64,000 nt of DNA from Lama guanicoe (lineage: Eukaryota), in contig MU054212.1 in the NCBI GenBank assembly GCA_013239625.1, positions 5,118,270-5,182,269 on the forward strand, in the 5' to 3' direction. A program made the translations under genes and the position numbers. The notes below the pieces were generated by a model. It had not been told where the DNA came from. It searched no databases and saw only the letters and a program-made list of their open reading frames with translations. Positions 12,695 to 24,430 of this stretch are shown in pieces (position 1 is the stretch's first letter; every line of letters begins with the position of its first letter).

Positions 12695-14664
12695 ACATAC
12701 ATATTTTAATAAATGAAACTTTTTTCATATTTGCATTATAATATATAATTCAAATAAGAGAAAAAATGGGTTAAAATACCATCAGGGTGTTAAAGCACGA
12801 TTTGTTATATGTAAGTAAGGTTGTAATTAATTTGCAAGGAGCATAGGAAATTTTCTTACCTTAATTTCCTTTCCAATTTAATTCCTATTCTGAACCAGAT
12901 GCTCTATTAAAATCCATATTTTTTTCCTTTCTTCACTCATTGTACTCTATATTTATCCTCAACATACTCACATTCTTTAAGTGATATAAAAATTTAGAAT
13001 AAATAGTTACAATTATGATTTACCTAAGATATTTGTCATAGAGCTATGCAGGAAAAGACAGACCTAAAAATTATCAACCTGAAAATCCTTCAAAGAAAAA
13101 AGTGAAATAACACATTGTACTTTATAGAAACCTTTCTCATAGACATGGACTGGAAATGCAGATCAGTACATTGGCTGTTCTTAAATATTGAACTCAGGAG
13201 TAAAAAATATTCTCCTATAAGCTATTAAATTGTCTTTAAAATTCTGAGACCTTCTTCTGTATTTGTTAATCATTTCTAATACTTAATTGCAGAGGCAGTT
13301 TTATCAACAGTGTAAAATATATATTTTAAAGAGAAAACAGTTAGCAATACTACTTAAATGCTGTATTTTTAAACAGTTAATTTCAAGTAATTCATGGCCT
13401 TGTTTTTAAGGCCATGAATAGTAATACACTTAATAATTTAAATTAAGAATCTAAAATTCTGTACGCAGCACATATTTTTTGGCAAACATTTAAAATGTAA
13501 AACTGCATAAAACCAATACATTACAAGGCATGTTTAATAACTTCTTAGGCACTCCAGTCTTATTGAATCATCTCCTATATGCAGTGAATTTATTTGCTTA
13601 ATCCAATAGGCATCAGAGTACCTTATTAATAATGTAATTTTAATTTTCACATGAGAATATACTTTCCACAATATAGTTTGAGTTTCTGTCTGTGACAGAA
13701 GGTCAAAGTTTTAGGATATTTTAATATATTATAATTTTGAAGCAAAATAATGTGTTATAATTTGAGGCTAATTTTTTCTGACTTCATTTAATTGCATAAC
13801 TGGAAAAATATTAAAAGCTAATATACATTTTAAAAATTACTTATATAATCTATTTAATACAGTAAAGTGTGTAAAATTGGATATCGTGACATTGATTTCC
13901 TCAGAAGCAACAGAACTCTGCCTGGTCCAGGCTTGTTCAAAATCCATTTGATCAAGATTTTCCTGAGGCAATTTATGAGTGGTTTCACTTGCAGACTGTG
14001 AACAAGTCATCATTCTGTCTTTATAAATCTTTGGAATAAAATTTCTCTGCATCTATTTTGGGGTTACCATCTCATTCAATGATAACAGCAAATAATTTGT
14101 CTCACTCAGTAAACTTACACCAAAGGATAGACTGTGAAAAATATCCTTATTTGCTAAAATCATGCTTTTAGAAACATAACTAAAACTTGGATGGAGACGT
14201 TGGTGATACAGTAAGATTTTTGCATACTACAAAATCATTTGTTTCAGCTTGACATTTTAGGAGACAATTTAACAAATTAAATGATGTTGTTATAATCTGA
14301 GAAGATTCTTAAATCTTTGCATGCTACATACTTTGCTGTTTTAAAGGGAAAATAACAGTGATGAACTGATCAGACTAAAGGCAGTGGATGTGTTTTAAAA
14401 TATGGTACCAATTACTCAGAATACTTATATCTGCTAATTTTCACTAGATCCTTCGGCCTTTATAGGGAAAAATCAGAATCTACTGTGTAGTTAGGTTTAC
14501 ACAGTTCTGCTGCTTATGTGTATAAACGTGTCATCCAAAAGTTAGATACCAGACAGTTATCAAAAATATGTATGAAGCAAGTGAAATATGTAAAACATTC
14601 AAGGAGCTACTATTGATTTCTCACACAAATACCATGTGTTTCCCAAATTTTAGGTCATTCGCAC

Positions 14665-14871
14665 TTGCTCTGCATCAGCTGCATCTGTAGTCATGCTCTC
14701 GATTTTACCACTTTGGCTAATTAGGCGCTTAACTTGCTCAAGAAGATTGGGAGCTGACTCTTGGTGACTGCTGCTCTGGAGGTCCAGCTTGTCACATTTC
14801 TTGGCTCTCTGGCATCTTTTATCAGTTTCAGATACGGAAGAACCCATCACTTCGGGGCACAGGGTGGGCTT
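14665..14871 (-). other. Candidate exon (207 nt, phase 0/0, open frame), product unknown
   Basis: Minus-strand acceptor gttttcccctttgcctgcttctccag|AAG, weak donor CAA|gtgcga; encodes KPTLCPEV...DAADAEQ with no stop; no protein family recognised. Confidence 0.25.
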
Positions 14872-15322
14872 CTGGAGAAGCAGGCAAAGGGGAAAACGTA
14901 CAAGGAAGCAACACTGAAGAAGAAAAGAATCCATTCTTCACAGAGGTACTTGGACTGATAAGAAACAGTAAGTAGAACACTAAAACTTTCTCTTTTTCCT
15001 GTGGGTCGTTCTGTGACATTTTCCCTCAGCTGCATGTCTGGTGATGTTCTCTGGCCGCCTTGCCAGTGACTGTACCTGTTCTATGACTTGGTGGGAAACA
15101 GTGGCCAGTAGACCTTACATTGTCTTCCATTCTGCCCTCTGCATTTCCTTTCCCTTTCGTTCTTGCTGGCATGGAATTGTATCTACTAAATAACACATTA
15201 GTACTTAATACTTGCTTCAGACTCTGAAGGGAGTATGAAATAGATTGTAGAATATTTATGAAATTACCTAGACTATTTCTATCGGAAAAAGTACTATTAA
15301 ATTGACCATAGTAAATAATGCA

Positions 15323-15540
15323 CAGTCGACCCTTAAACAACACAGATTTGAACTGCATAGGTCCACTTATTTGTGGATTTTTTTTCAGTAAAAATATACT
15401 ACAGTACCACATGATCCATGGTTGATTGAATCCACGGATGAACAACAGCAGGTATAAAAGGTGACTGTATAGTTATATGCAGATTTTTGACTGTGCAGGG
15501 GTCAGAGCCCCTAACCCCCGCTTTGTACAAGGGTCAGCTG
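15323..15540 (+). mobile_element. TcMar-Tigger MITE (Tigger2/MER8-like, 218 bp)
   Basis: Terminal inverted repeats CAGTCGACCCTTAAACAA / TTGTACAAGGGTCAGCTG, TA on the right flank, internal tttgaactgcataggtccacttat...gatttttt. Confidence 0.9.
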
Positions 15541-16649
15541 TATTACTATGTGATTTTCTCCATAAATATTATCATAAATGCACAGTTTTATTTTTAATTT
15601 CTAATTAGATTTACTAGTTCAACATAATAAAAATTATCTAAATTAATTACATCATAAGTATTCAAAGAATCAGGAATATTGTGTTTGTGTGAAAATATAT
15701 ATTTTATATTAATTTGTCACATTTATATATGATATAAATATATATTATTATTATGACATTTCATAATATCAATGACAGAAAATATAAAATATATTTTATA
15801 AGCAACAAAGAAAATAGTGGAAAAAACTTGCCTCAGGGCTTAAAAGTAGATTCAATTTTTAAAGATTTCCTATGTTACACACTTTTCAGCAACTAGAATA
15901 TAGTTTCATGACATTTCAGATGTGTGCTGCAGTGAGAAGAATGCCTGCCAAATGCTGATATTCTCATTCTTCTCTGTTCTGATAATGAATTCCTTGAACT
16001 TTTATCACTAAAAAACACTCTTAGTTCGTATTGTCATTCATAAAGATGGTATCGTGTCATCAACTCCTTATCACATATTTTTATCATTTCTTATTTTCCA
16101 TTTGTTAAATTTTGGATAGAATCATTATAGTCTTAATTTTTTCACAAATAAAATAATTAAATTTTAAAGAAAATTTTATTAGTGAGTACTTAGTTTGGTG
16201 GGTTTTTTTTTTCTTCAGAACCCCCAATAAGTTATAACATTACAATATTAGCCAAAGAATTAGGTCCATTTCAGATTTCAAAAAAAACTAAACGTAGCCA
16301 ATAAAAGTCCCAGACTTTATAAAATTAAACTAAATTAAATTTAAAATTGTATTTTATAATTAGACTTAACACAAATATACAGATAAATTGAAGTTTAAAT
16401 CAAGACTCCTTAAAAGATTAATATTAACTTTATCATATTATCTACACAAGTAAAGTGTCATATAGGTAAAGTATCATACATGTAAGTGACATGCACAAAA
16501 AGAAATCTTTTTATTATGAAGAAGAGTCTCTAGGGAAATAATTTTTTTAAAGTTGTTCATTAGATACCATCATCATTCATCAATGTAAAGATCATCATAT
16601 CTTATTTTATATTATTTTTATTTTTTCTAGGTTCCTATCCTTTCCCCTT

Positions 16650-17000
16650 CATCAGAGTTGGAAGGTATCAGAGATCATGTATTCTGACAACCTCATTTTA
16701 GAGAGGACGGAGACTCACTTGATCAAAAGCACGGAGACTCACTTGATCAACATCATATATTAGTCTGGTAGGTTTGAAAGTAAAACTCAAGTCACCAGGT
16801 CTGTGAGCTGGTATTCCTTACTGCCATGGGTGATATTGAGTAGTATAGTGGTACAGTGTTTAGACCAGGAAAACGTTTTTCTAGGCATACCTTTTTCACC
16901 AATTCTCAGATAACTCTTCTAGCCTTACATTTTTTTATCTATAATGTTAAGAAAGTTAACTTAGATAAAATATAATGCCCTTTCAATTAAAAATTACATG
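16650..17000. mobile_element. Two divergently oriented MIR-family fragments
   Basis: Minus copy ~16650-16830 (agagttggaagg...cctcattttagagagg) and plus copy ~16840-17000 (gtatagtggt...tttttatctataatg...gccctttc). Confidence 0.55.
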
Positions 17001-17626
17001 AAACTGTAAATACATGTCTATGTTAGTTGGTGTTAGAGAATAACAAAAGCAAAATATAAAAATCCATATTATTTGTTTTTATTTATTTTCTAAAATACTA
17101 AACTACTTCCAGTTTTGTATAAGGATAGTCCCTCTCCTAAACTATGTAGCTGCATTCTGTATCAATCCATTTTTTTTTCCCAGTAGACCAGCTAACAGTG
17201 GACTTGTCACTTTTCATAAGCACAAACTGTTTCTTAAAGTAAGTATCACTGATTTAGTGAACTGCAAAAAAACTGTGATCTTCCTTTATCTTCAGTTTGT
17301 GCATAAGAAAGTAGATATTTGCATACAAATATGAAGAGTAATTCTCAATATTAACATTTAATTTAATACTCATAATTAAAAATTTAATCCTGGAAAGTAA
17401 TTGAATTTTCTCCTGAAATAATTTTCAATTGATTTTTTCTGCAACCACATTAAGAAAATGCTGAGAAAGTATTAAAACCTAAAAAAAGTTAAGTACATCT
17501 TCAAGAAGGCTTGTTGTTTTCTGACTTACTGGTTTTGCAGAGCCTAAAAGATGCATATTGACTTAGTAATTTGTTTTGCTTTCCACATAAATGATGTCTC
17601 TCATACAACCTGAAAAAAAGAGATGA

Positions 17627-18095
17627 TGTCATGGTTAATTTTATTCGTCAACTTAATTGGTCCACTGGTTGCCCAGATATTTGGTCAGAGTTTATTCTAG
17701 ATGTGTCTATAAAAGCGTTTGTAAATGAGACTAACATTTGAATCAATGGACTGAGTAAAGCAGATTGCCCTCCTTAATGTGGGTGGTCCTCATCATATCA
17801 GTTGAAGAAGTGAATAGAACAAAAAGAGTAACCCTCCTGTGAGGAAGAGGGGACTTCTCCTATCTGACTACTTTGACTTATGACATAGGTCTTGTCCTGC
17901 CTTTGGACTCAAGCATCAGCTCTTCTTGGAGTGGAGTCTGATGGCTTTCAGACAGTAACTTATACCACTGGCTCTCCTGAGCCTCCAGGTGCCAATTGCA
18001 GACCTTGGAACTTCCCAGCCTCTGTAATCATATGAGCCCATTCACAGATGTATTTATATATCTCATTATGATTTTGTTTCTCTAGAGGCTAATAC
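17627..18095 (+). mobile_element. ERVL solo LTR (MLT2B/MLT2D-like)
   Basis: Starts TGTCATGGTTAATTTTAT..GTCAACTT; hallmark gactgagtaaagcagattgccctcc..aatgtgggtgg; ends ttttgtttctctagag..ctaatac. Confidence 0.9.
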
Positions 18096-18224
18096 TCTTC
18101 CTACATGTATAAATTATCCTTGAAGAGGAAAGCAAAAAGGAGGCTTAATGAATCAACTAAAATCTTTAGGAAAAGAGTTGATCATAACACTAGGAAGATT
18201 TGAAGAGAAAATGCAAAGTTGAAA

Positions 18225-18445
18225 AGTAGAGTGTAATGGAAAGAATAAAGGACTTAGAAAATCAGGATTGGAGTCCCACCTCTGAGATCTTGGCCAAAAC
18301 TACAACCTATCAGAATCTCTTTTTATTCACAGAAGAGTATGGGATCACTTCATCTACCCTACACACATTGTTAACTCATTTGTTCACTTATTCAACAAAA
18401 GATGTGAGTATGCATTTTAAACCCAAATTGTTGCATAAAAATAAC
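18225..18445 (+). mobile_element. MIR SINE (diverged)
   Basis: gtgtaatggaaagaat..ggacttag head, gatcttggccaa core, catctaccctac..attgtt. Explains ORF 18236-18493. Confidence 0.55.
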
Positions 18446-19049
18446 TTCTATATCAACAGAACTAAAAATGATAATGAAAATAAAAATAATTAAGGGAAGA
18501 AGAAATGAAGGGAGTATGAAAATCTGTCTATCTCTTCAGTAAATGTTGTGGAATGAGTATACATGTGGGGGAAAGAAAAGAGTATAGGGGGAAGTTATAT
18601 GAAAAGTGCTGATTCTGTGTACCTTTCAGAAAAATCATTGTGAGATTGCTTACCCTGAGATTTGAATACTGAGAGGGACCCTGAAAATCCATAAATATTT
18701 AAATTATGGCTAATTATAAATCCATTATGAATTTTTTCATTATCGTGATAGTCAAAGCAACACATTTAACACCTGATGGTGGCTAATTAATGACAATAAA
18801 TAGGTTCTTTACCAAAGTCTAGATCTTCCCTGTCATTCTAACTGTTAGATGTCACTTACTTCCTTATCACAATATAGGGGAAACTGGTAATAAAATACCT
18901 TTCTTAATGAGTTAGCCCAGTAATATTAAAAGTTAACAAAAATTATGAAGAAAGAAAGCTTCATACAAAGCCAAATAGTAAATTTTCCAAAAATAGAAAT
19001 CATGCCTGTTATTAAATAGGAATCAAAGAATTGGCAATGCCAATAGGAA

Positions 19050-19174
19050 ATTTTTTTTTAATTTTATTTTTTGAGTTATAGTCAGTTTACAATGTTGTGT
19101 CAATTTCCAGTGTAGAGCACAATTTTTCAGTTACACATGAACATGCATGTATTCATTGTCACATTCTTTTTCAC
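19050..19174 (-). mobile_element. Young camelid-type L1 3' end (~125 bp)
   Basis: Poly(T) then gagttatagtcagtttacaatgttgtgtcaatttccagtgtagagcacaatttttcag; near-identical to 54759-54991; TSD atgccaataggaa at 19037-19049 and 19175-19187. Confidence 0.9.
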
Positions 19175-19439
19175 ATGCCAATAGGAAGTAATTTTAAAAA
19201 CTCTTTTTAAAGAATCTCCAGAAAGTAAAATAGTTTGGGAAAAAAATATGATCCTAAGTTGTTGAACTAAGAGAGGACAATAGGAAAATACTTACTGTTT
19301 ATTTGATAAAGAAATAAGCAAAAGATAATAAAAATGCTTACAAATGCATTTCTCATCTTGCTCTGTATTTTTAAAATAGCATGTTCCTCATGTGAGAGAG
19401 CATGAAAGAAACCTGTGTGATTAGAAGGAAATGAGACGA

Positions 19440-19620
19440 GAACTAATATTTATTCAGCACATTTCCGGTAATAAATGTTGACATATTTTACTCGTTTTAA
19501 TCCTCCTGACTATCTCATAATATATCAATATTTTACATGCAGGGAAAGTGAGTCTGTATACCTTGTATAATCACAAGTGCTTTTAAAAAATGCAGCTGGA
19601 TTAAAGTCTAGATACTATTT
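19440..19620 (-). mobile_element. MIR SINE (diverged)
   Basis: ctaatatttattcagcac...tttaatcctcctgac...attttacatgcagggaaagtgag resembles antisense MIR. Confidence 0.55.
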
Positions 19621-20519
19621 TACTTGAAAAATTTCATCTTTACCCTGAAGTCTATGAAAGTAAAATTGAGTGTTTTTTACAAATATGACTAAAGAATTTT
19701 AGTTCACCAGGCACAATAAACACATAATAACTTTGAAGTATTTACTATTATTGATTAAGAAAAGCCAAAATATTCTCTAATCAAAATGCTTAAGAGATAA
19801 AAAATAAAATCCTAAAAAAGATTGATAAATGAATTCTCCTAGTAAAGAAATGCAAACAGCCATCTGCACTCAGGGAGTAATCTTCATATAATTTAATGGT
19901 CTGAGAAAGTCGATGTGGAATCATCAGGTTTACAAAATTTACGATGTGAGGGTAGTGATATAGTTGAGGAAATGCATTGAGCAGTAAGTGGAGTAAAATG
20001 GTAAAGTCCATGACTTGCAGCAGTTTGGAATTTTGCTGAAGCACCTATCTGAATTGCCCACACCGATGTGTTGAACAAGTCACTTAGCCTTATAAATTAT
20101 TTTAGTAATGCATTTATAGAATCATTAAAAATCCAAAGGGGTCACTTAAGAGTTTCATGTTTTACTGAATTTTATGAGAGAAATTACATTCTATAATAGT
20201 ATTGGGAGTTTTAAAGATTCATGAAATGATCAGTACAGGTCTCCTGAGGAGAAAGGCAGTGATCTAGGATAAATGAAATGCCACTTCTTAGGGCCGGTGC
20301 TCTGAACCTCAGTCAACAGCAAGGAAATCAGGCCAGATTACTTTCTGAAGATAGTAGCCTAACATTATACAGCTGCAAAAGAGACCATTTAAATGATGAA
20401 CACTACCTGGAAAAACTATCAGGAAGGAACAAGACTTGATATCTTAGCCTTATAGAGTAACAGTGGTTTGCACTTACTACTGGGTTCAATTTTGGAATAT
20501 TACTCCTCACTAGAGAAAC

Positions 20520-20712
20520 AGAGGTACTCATAATTTGTACCAGGAACATTACTTGTATTATGTTATTTAATCTCCATAGCAGTCCTATCAGGTAGGTATT
20601 AATTTTGTTATCATTTCTATTTTAAAGGTAAGGAAACTGAGGCTCAGAGAGATGAAATAATTTACTGAAAATCACAGGAAACAAGAAGTACCAAAATCTA
20701 GACTTGAATATC
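20520..20712 (-). mobile_element. MIR SINE
   Basis: ttatttaatctccatagcagtcctatcaggtaggtatt...attttaaaggtaaggaaactgaggctcagagag is the antisense MIR core. Confidence 0.85.
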
Positions 20713-21159
20713 TCTATATTTTCTTCCCCTTTGTTACACAGTCAGTAGAAAAGTACTCTTAAAAATGAAAAGCTGAAATGGCAGCATGATTAATGTTACA
20801 AATCTTCAAAGCTGTAGATAATGTAAACATAAAATCACTGAAAGACATTGGTTCCTGATAGAGACACATTTTTTTAAATGAGGTTTTTTAATATTAGATA
20901 ATAATTTGGGAAGAACTATAACTCTTGATATGCTGTATAAAACTATATTAGAGAAATGATGAAACAAAACACTGCATATCAACTACTTACAGGTCATGTC
21001 TCCTGACTTTTTTGAGGGTGTCTTCTTACAGGACAATTTTCATTATTGTTCAGAGATAGAACATCATATGTTAATAAGGAAATTTAATTATAAATTATAA
21101 TTAAAATTATACTAAAGTTATAGTTCATAGAGATCCGTTTTACATTTTGAATTCAAGAA

Positions 21160-21500
21160 AATTCATTTCTTTATCCAACAATCATTTATGAGATTTCCAA
21201 CTAAATGCTAGATTCTGTGCTCGGAGCTGGCACAAATATGTTGAAGAAGACACGGTACCTTCTCTTATTTCTTAGTATCTATTGAGTAAACAAGTCTTAA
21301 TGTGTTTTCAGTAACACAGATGGCATTCAGGAAATGTAAGATGGGCACAGACCTCGATCTTGGATGGGTAATGATCATAATAATACAAACATCATTAAGA
21401 AGCTGATATCAAAACTTATACTTTCATGCACTGGTTACATAAATATTGTTTGCGAGCCTACTATATGTCAGGCTAAGAACTAGCAATAAAATAGCGAAAA
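21160..21500 (-). mobile_element. L2 3'-end fragments
   Basis: attcatttctttatccaacaatcatttatgag...tgctagattctgtgct and gagcctactatatgtcaggc resemble antisense L2 termini. Confidence 0.55.
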
Positions 21501-21530
21501 AGTTATTTTTCTCTCTCCTTTGTTATTGTA

Positions 21531-21830
21531 AAACCCATACAAAGAAGAATAAAAGAATTAATGAAAAAGAATAGAAATCAGTAAAATGGAAAACTAACAT
21601 AAATGAGAAGGATAACGAACCAATAGCTGGTTCCATGAGAAGACTTATAAGTTAGAAAAAAATCTGGTAAGACTGACCAAGGGTGAGGGTTAGGAGAGGA
21701 GCAAGGGGAAAAATGCAGTATGAAAAAGCTTTACCTATATATAAAATATTACAAAAATAATAAAAGAATATTTTGAAAATATATTCATGCTCCCAAAATG
21801 AAAACCTAGATAAAATGGATAAATTTCTAC
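21531..21830 (+). mobile_element. Old L1 ORF2 fragment
   Basis: agctggttccatgagaag (SWFFEK region) and gaaaacctagataaaatggataaatttcta (ENLDKMDKFL, seen in ORF 21773-21955). Confidence 0.8.
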
Positions 21831-21924
21831 TAAGAATACTGTGGTGGACCCTTGTTAATTTTGATTATGTAGTTTCTGAACCTCTTTCTGTATGTTTCAG
21901 TCAGCTCCATCTTATTGGTAGGAA

Positions 21925-22172
21925 GGGAAAAGTGCATGGAGAGATATTCCAGTAAGAAGAAACAGCATGTGCAAAGGCCCAGAGGCAAGAAAGAATAAGC
22001 AGAAATGTATAGAAAGCATAAACAGCTTGGCTAGAGAATTGAAGGGAGAAAAAGAGGTGCCAAGTCATGAAGGATGTTGTAAGTTATTTTCAAAAGATTT
22101 TGGATTTTTTTTCCTGACATTAATAGAGGGTCACTGAAGGACTTTCACGGAAATTGGATAATCACAATGATC
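21925..22172 (-). mobile_element. L2 fragment
   Basis: attccagtaagaagaaacagcatgtgcaaaggcccagaggca and gggtcactgaaggacttt are typical antisense L2 motifs. Confidence 0.8.
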
Positions 22173-22174
22173 TT

Positions 22175-22340
22175 AATAATTTCTAACATAGTCCTTGTTA
22201 TGTGCCAAGAGTAGGGTGTTAATTGTTTATTTGAACTATTTCAATTAATCCTCACAGGAATTCAAGAGGACTGATTACTCCTATTATGTGAATTTTAAAG
22301 GTAAGGAAACAAGTTAACAAGCTTTCCAAGTTTAAGAAGA
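22175..22340 (-). mobile_element. MIR SINE fragment
   Basis: tatgtgccaag...ttaatcctcac...attttaaaggtaaggaaac. Confidence 0.65.
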
Positions 22341-24257
22341 GAATATTCAAGTGAAAATGGAAACACCAGCTTCTTTTAAAATAATTGAAAGGTATTTCTA
22401 CACAAATACCATAGATTGGAATCTCCTGGAGTACAAAAAGAAGAAAGGAATCCTTCAGCCCATGCCCAGTCCTACAAGAAGCTTCAGCATCTCAAGCCTC
22501 CTTATTGTGCCAGATATCCAACAAATACCAACAGGATTAGATTTATTGTGGAAACATGTAAGACAGGCTTGTGGGATCCTTGAGACACTTGAGGGAAGAA
22601 CACAGGAGATCACAAGTCCTTTAAAGGTGAGAGTAGGGGTCATGACATTTAAATTATTACTGTTCTCTAACAGTATCTGTATTCACAGGAAGATTAGGAA
22701 AATGCGGATTTCAGATAAAATGCCAAGCATCATAGAAGAACTAATCAAGATTGTGGACCACACATTTTTAGTGACCTTGGTCTGCACTATTTTTATTTTG
22801 AGTCTCACCAGTATTGAAAAGCAACCTGGATTTAAGAGCAAGGAAGGTAACATAGGCAGATTAATTCAAATGTAATTTTTAGGTTTGTTTAAGTTTTCAA
22901 GAAAATTAGATAGCTTTGTGAACCAATTGTCTTTCTTGATTTCACAGATTCTAATCAAGGTCAAATTATAAATGGTATGGTGCCAGGAGGAGACTGTAAA
23001 TATGTCAATAAAATTTTTCATCTCTGACAGAAAAAAAAAGGTGCCAATTTTACAGATGTTAAATCAACATCATCTTGATAAAAAAAAAAAAGGTAAAGCT
23101 TATTAGAGTTATCCATGGACACTTATCACTTGCACTTAGCCTATCTCAAAATCCTTTTGCATTCTTTTTTGAGTTAGAATTTTTTTTTGTAAGAGAGAAA
23201 GTGTCCTAAAGTCTGATTATTTCTTTTATTCATCCCTTAATACCTATACATCCACCATATTAATTAGTTAAGGTATTATTTAAATTCAAGTAAAATATTC
23301 TTAAGAAAAAATTTATGAATTTGAACTAAAGACACAATTTTTGGATGATACCACAATCTATTTGTAAAATGATTACTTTCAGGAAACTATTGAATCTCTC
23401 AACTCTATTTAGGACGTTGAGGTGGGTGAAAGAACAAATGTAAATCACAAAACTCTAGATGGAGTGCTAAGTAAATCAATAGATAACAATATAGTTATGA
23501 AGTTAATAAATATAATAAACACACTGTTATAGTCTATATGTAATACTCTGTAGGCTAGTGTGTTTTTCTAGGTATCAGACAGTTTAGGATCCATTTAAAG
23601 TAAAGATTCTCTTTTATCCAACTCATACTAGGCTGTCACCATCATAAAAACTGAAAAAAAAAATGTGGTTCAGTACTTCTTATGAACATAAATGAATATG
23701 GAAAGAAGATATTGTATGTATAACAAATACTGAAAGGGGAATTAATGACATCACCTTCACATACGCTTTATCTATACACCAGCCTTTATGAAACAATTAT
23801 ATATATTTTCCTCACATGCATTAATTTTTACTGCAGTATTCAATTCTCAAAGTAGTCCAATATGTCTGTATATTTAAAAAATACATACATATTTGCACAT
23901 TCCTCTCAGAAGCAGAGCCATTTGTGTCTGACTCCATCTCTGTGATGTCATATATGATGATGCATATTTGTAGGCTTAAAGTATCTTTACTCATATGCTG
24001 AAAGTCCTATATTAAAAATCCACAATATGACAGACAGTGTGGGAAGGGCAGTCTGGAGATGCTCCCTCTACTGATATGGTAACCTGAGCTATTCTTGGTG
24101 TACTTTGTCTTTTAATTGGAGGCATTGACCCTATTAATTGATAACTCTCCTTGGAGCTCACTTTAGTATTTGCTTCCTCTAGTACTTATTCAAAACTGAA
24201 TTATTTATCAAATCACAAAGTAACAGAATCTGAAACTCAGAACTTTTGAGGCCATCT

Positions 24258-24430
24258 GCAAGGGGCTAAATGGTGGTGCCCCAAATTATATGTACACATC
24301 CTAGTTACTGGAATCTAATATTACTTTATCTAGCAAAAGACGTGCTTTAGTTAAGGCTCTTCAGCGGAGGATCATATCCTGAATTATCTGGAGCTTCCTT
24401 TGAGAGCTAAAGGGAGGCCCTTGAAATGTG
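24258..24430 (+). mobile_element. MaLR LTR 5' fragment (MLT1A-D-like)
   Basis: ggctaaatggtggtgccccaaattatatgtacacatccta...gttaaggctctt...atcctgaattatctgg. Confidence 0.65.

Noticed and set aside
13466..13476. U6 snRNA fragment (gcagcacatat)
   Set aside because: Only 11 nt match, no TSD and no extension.
15026..15445. 139-aa minus-strand ORF
   Set aside because: Its N-terminal part is the Tigger MITE read antisense; the rest is unremarkable.
22351..22875. Longest ORF (174 aa) as a protein-coding gene
   Set aside because: Starts at GTG, no recognisable domain, no convincing splice context, and flanked by MIR/L2 debris. A faint QPGF similarity to LINE RT QHGF is too weak to call.
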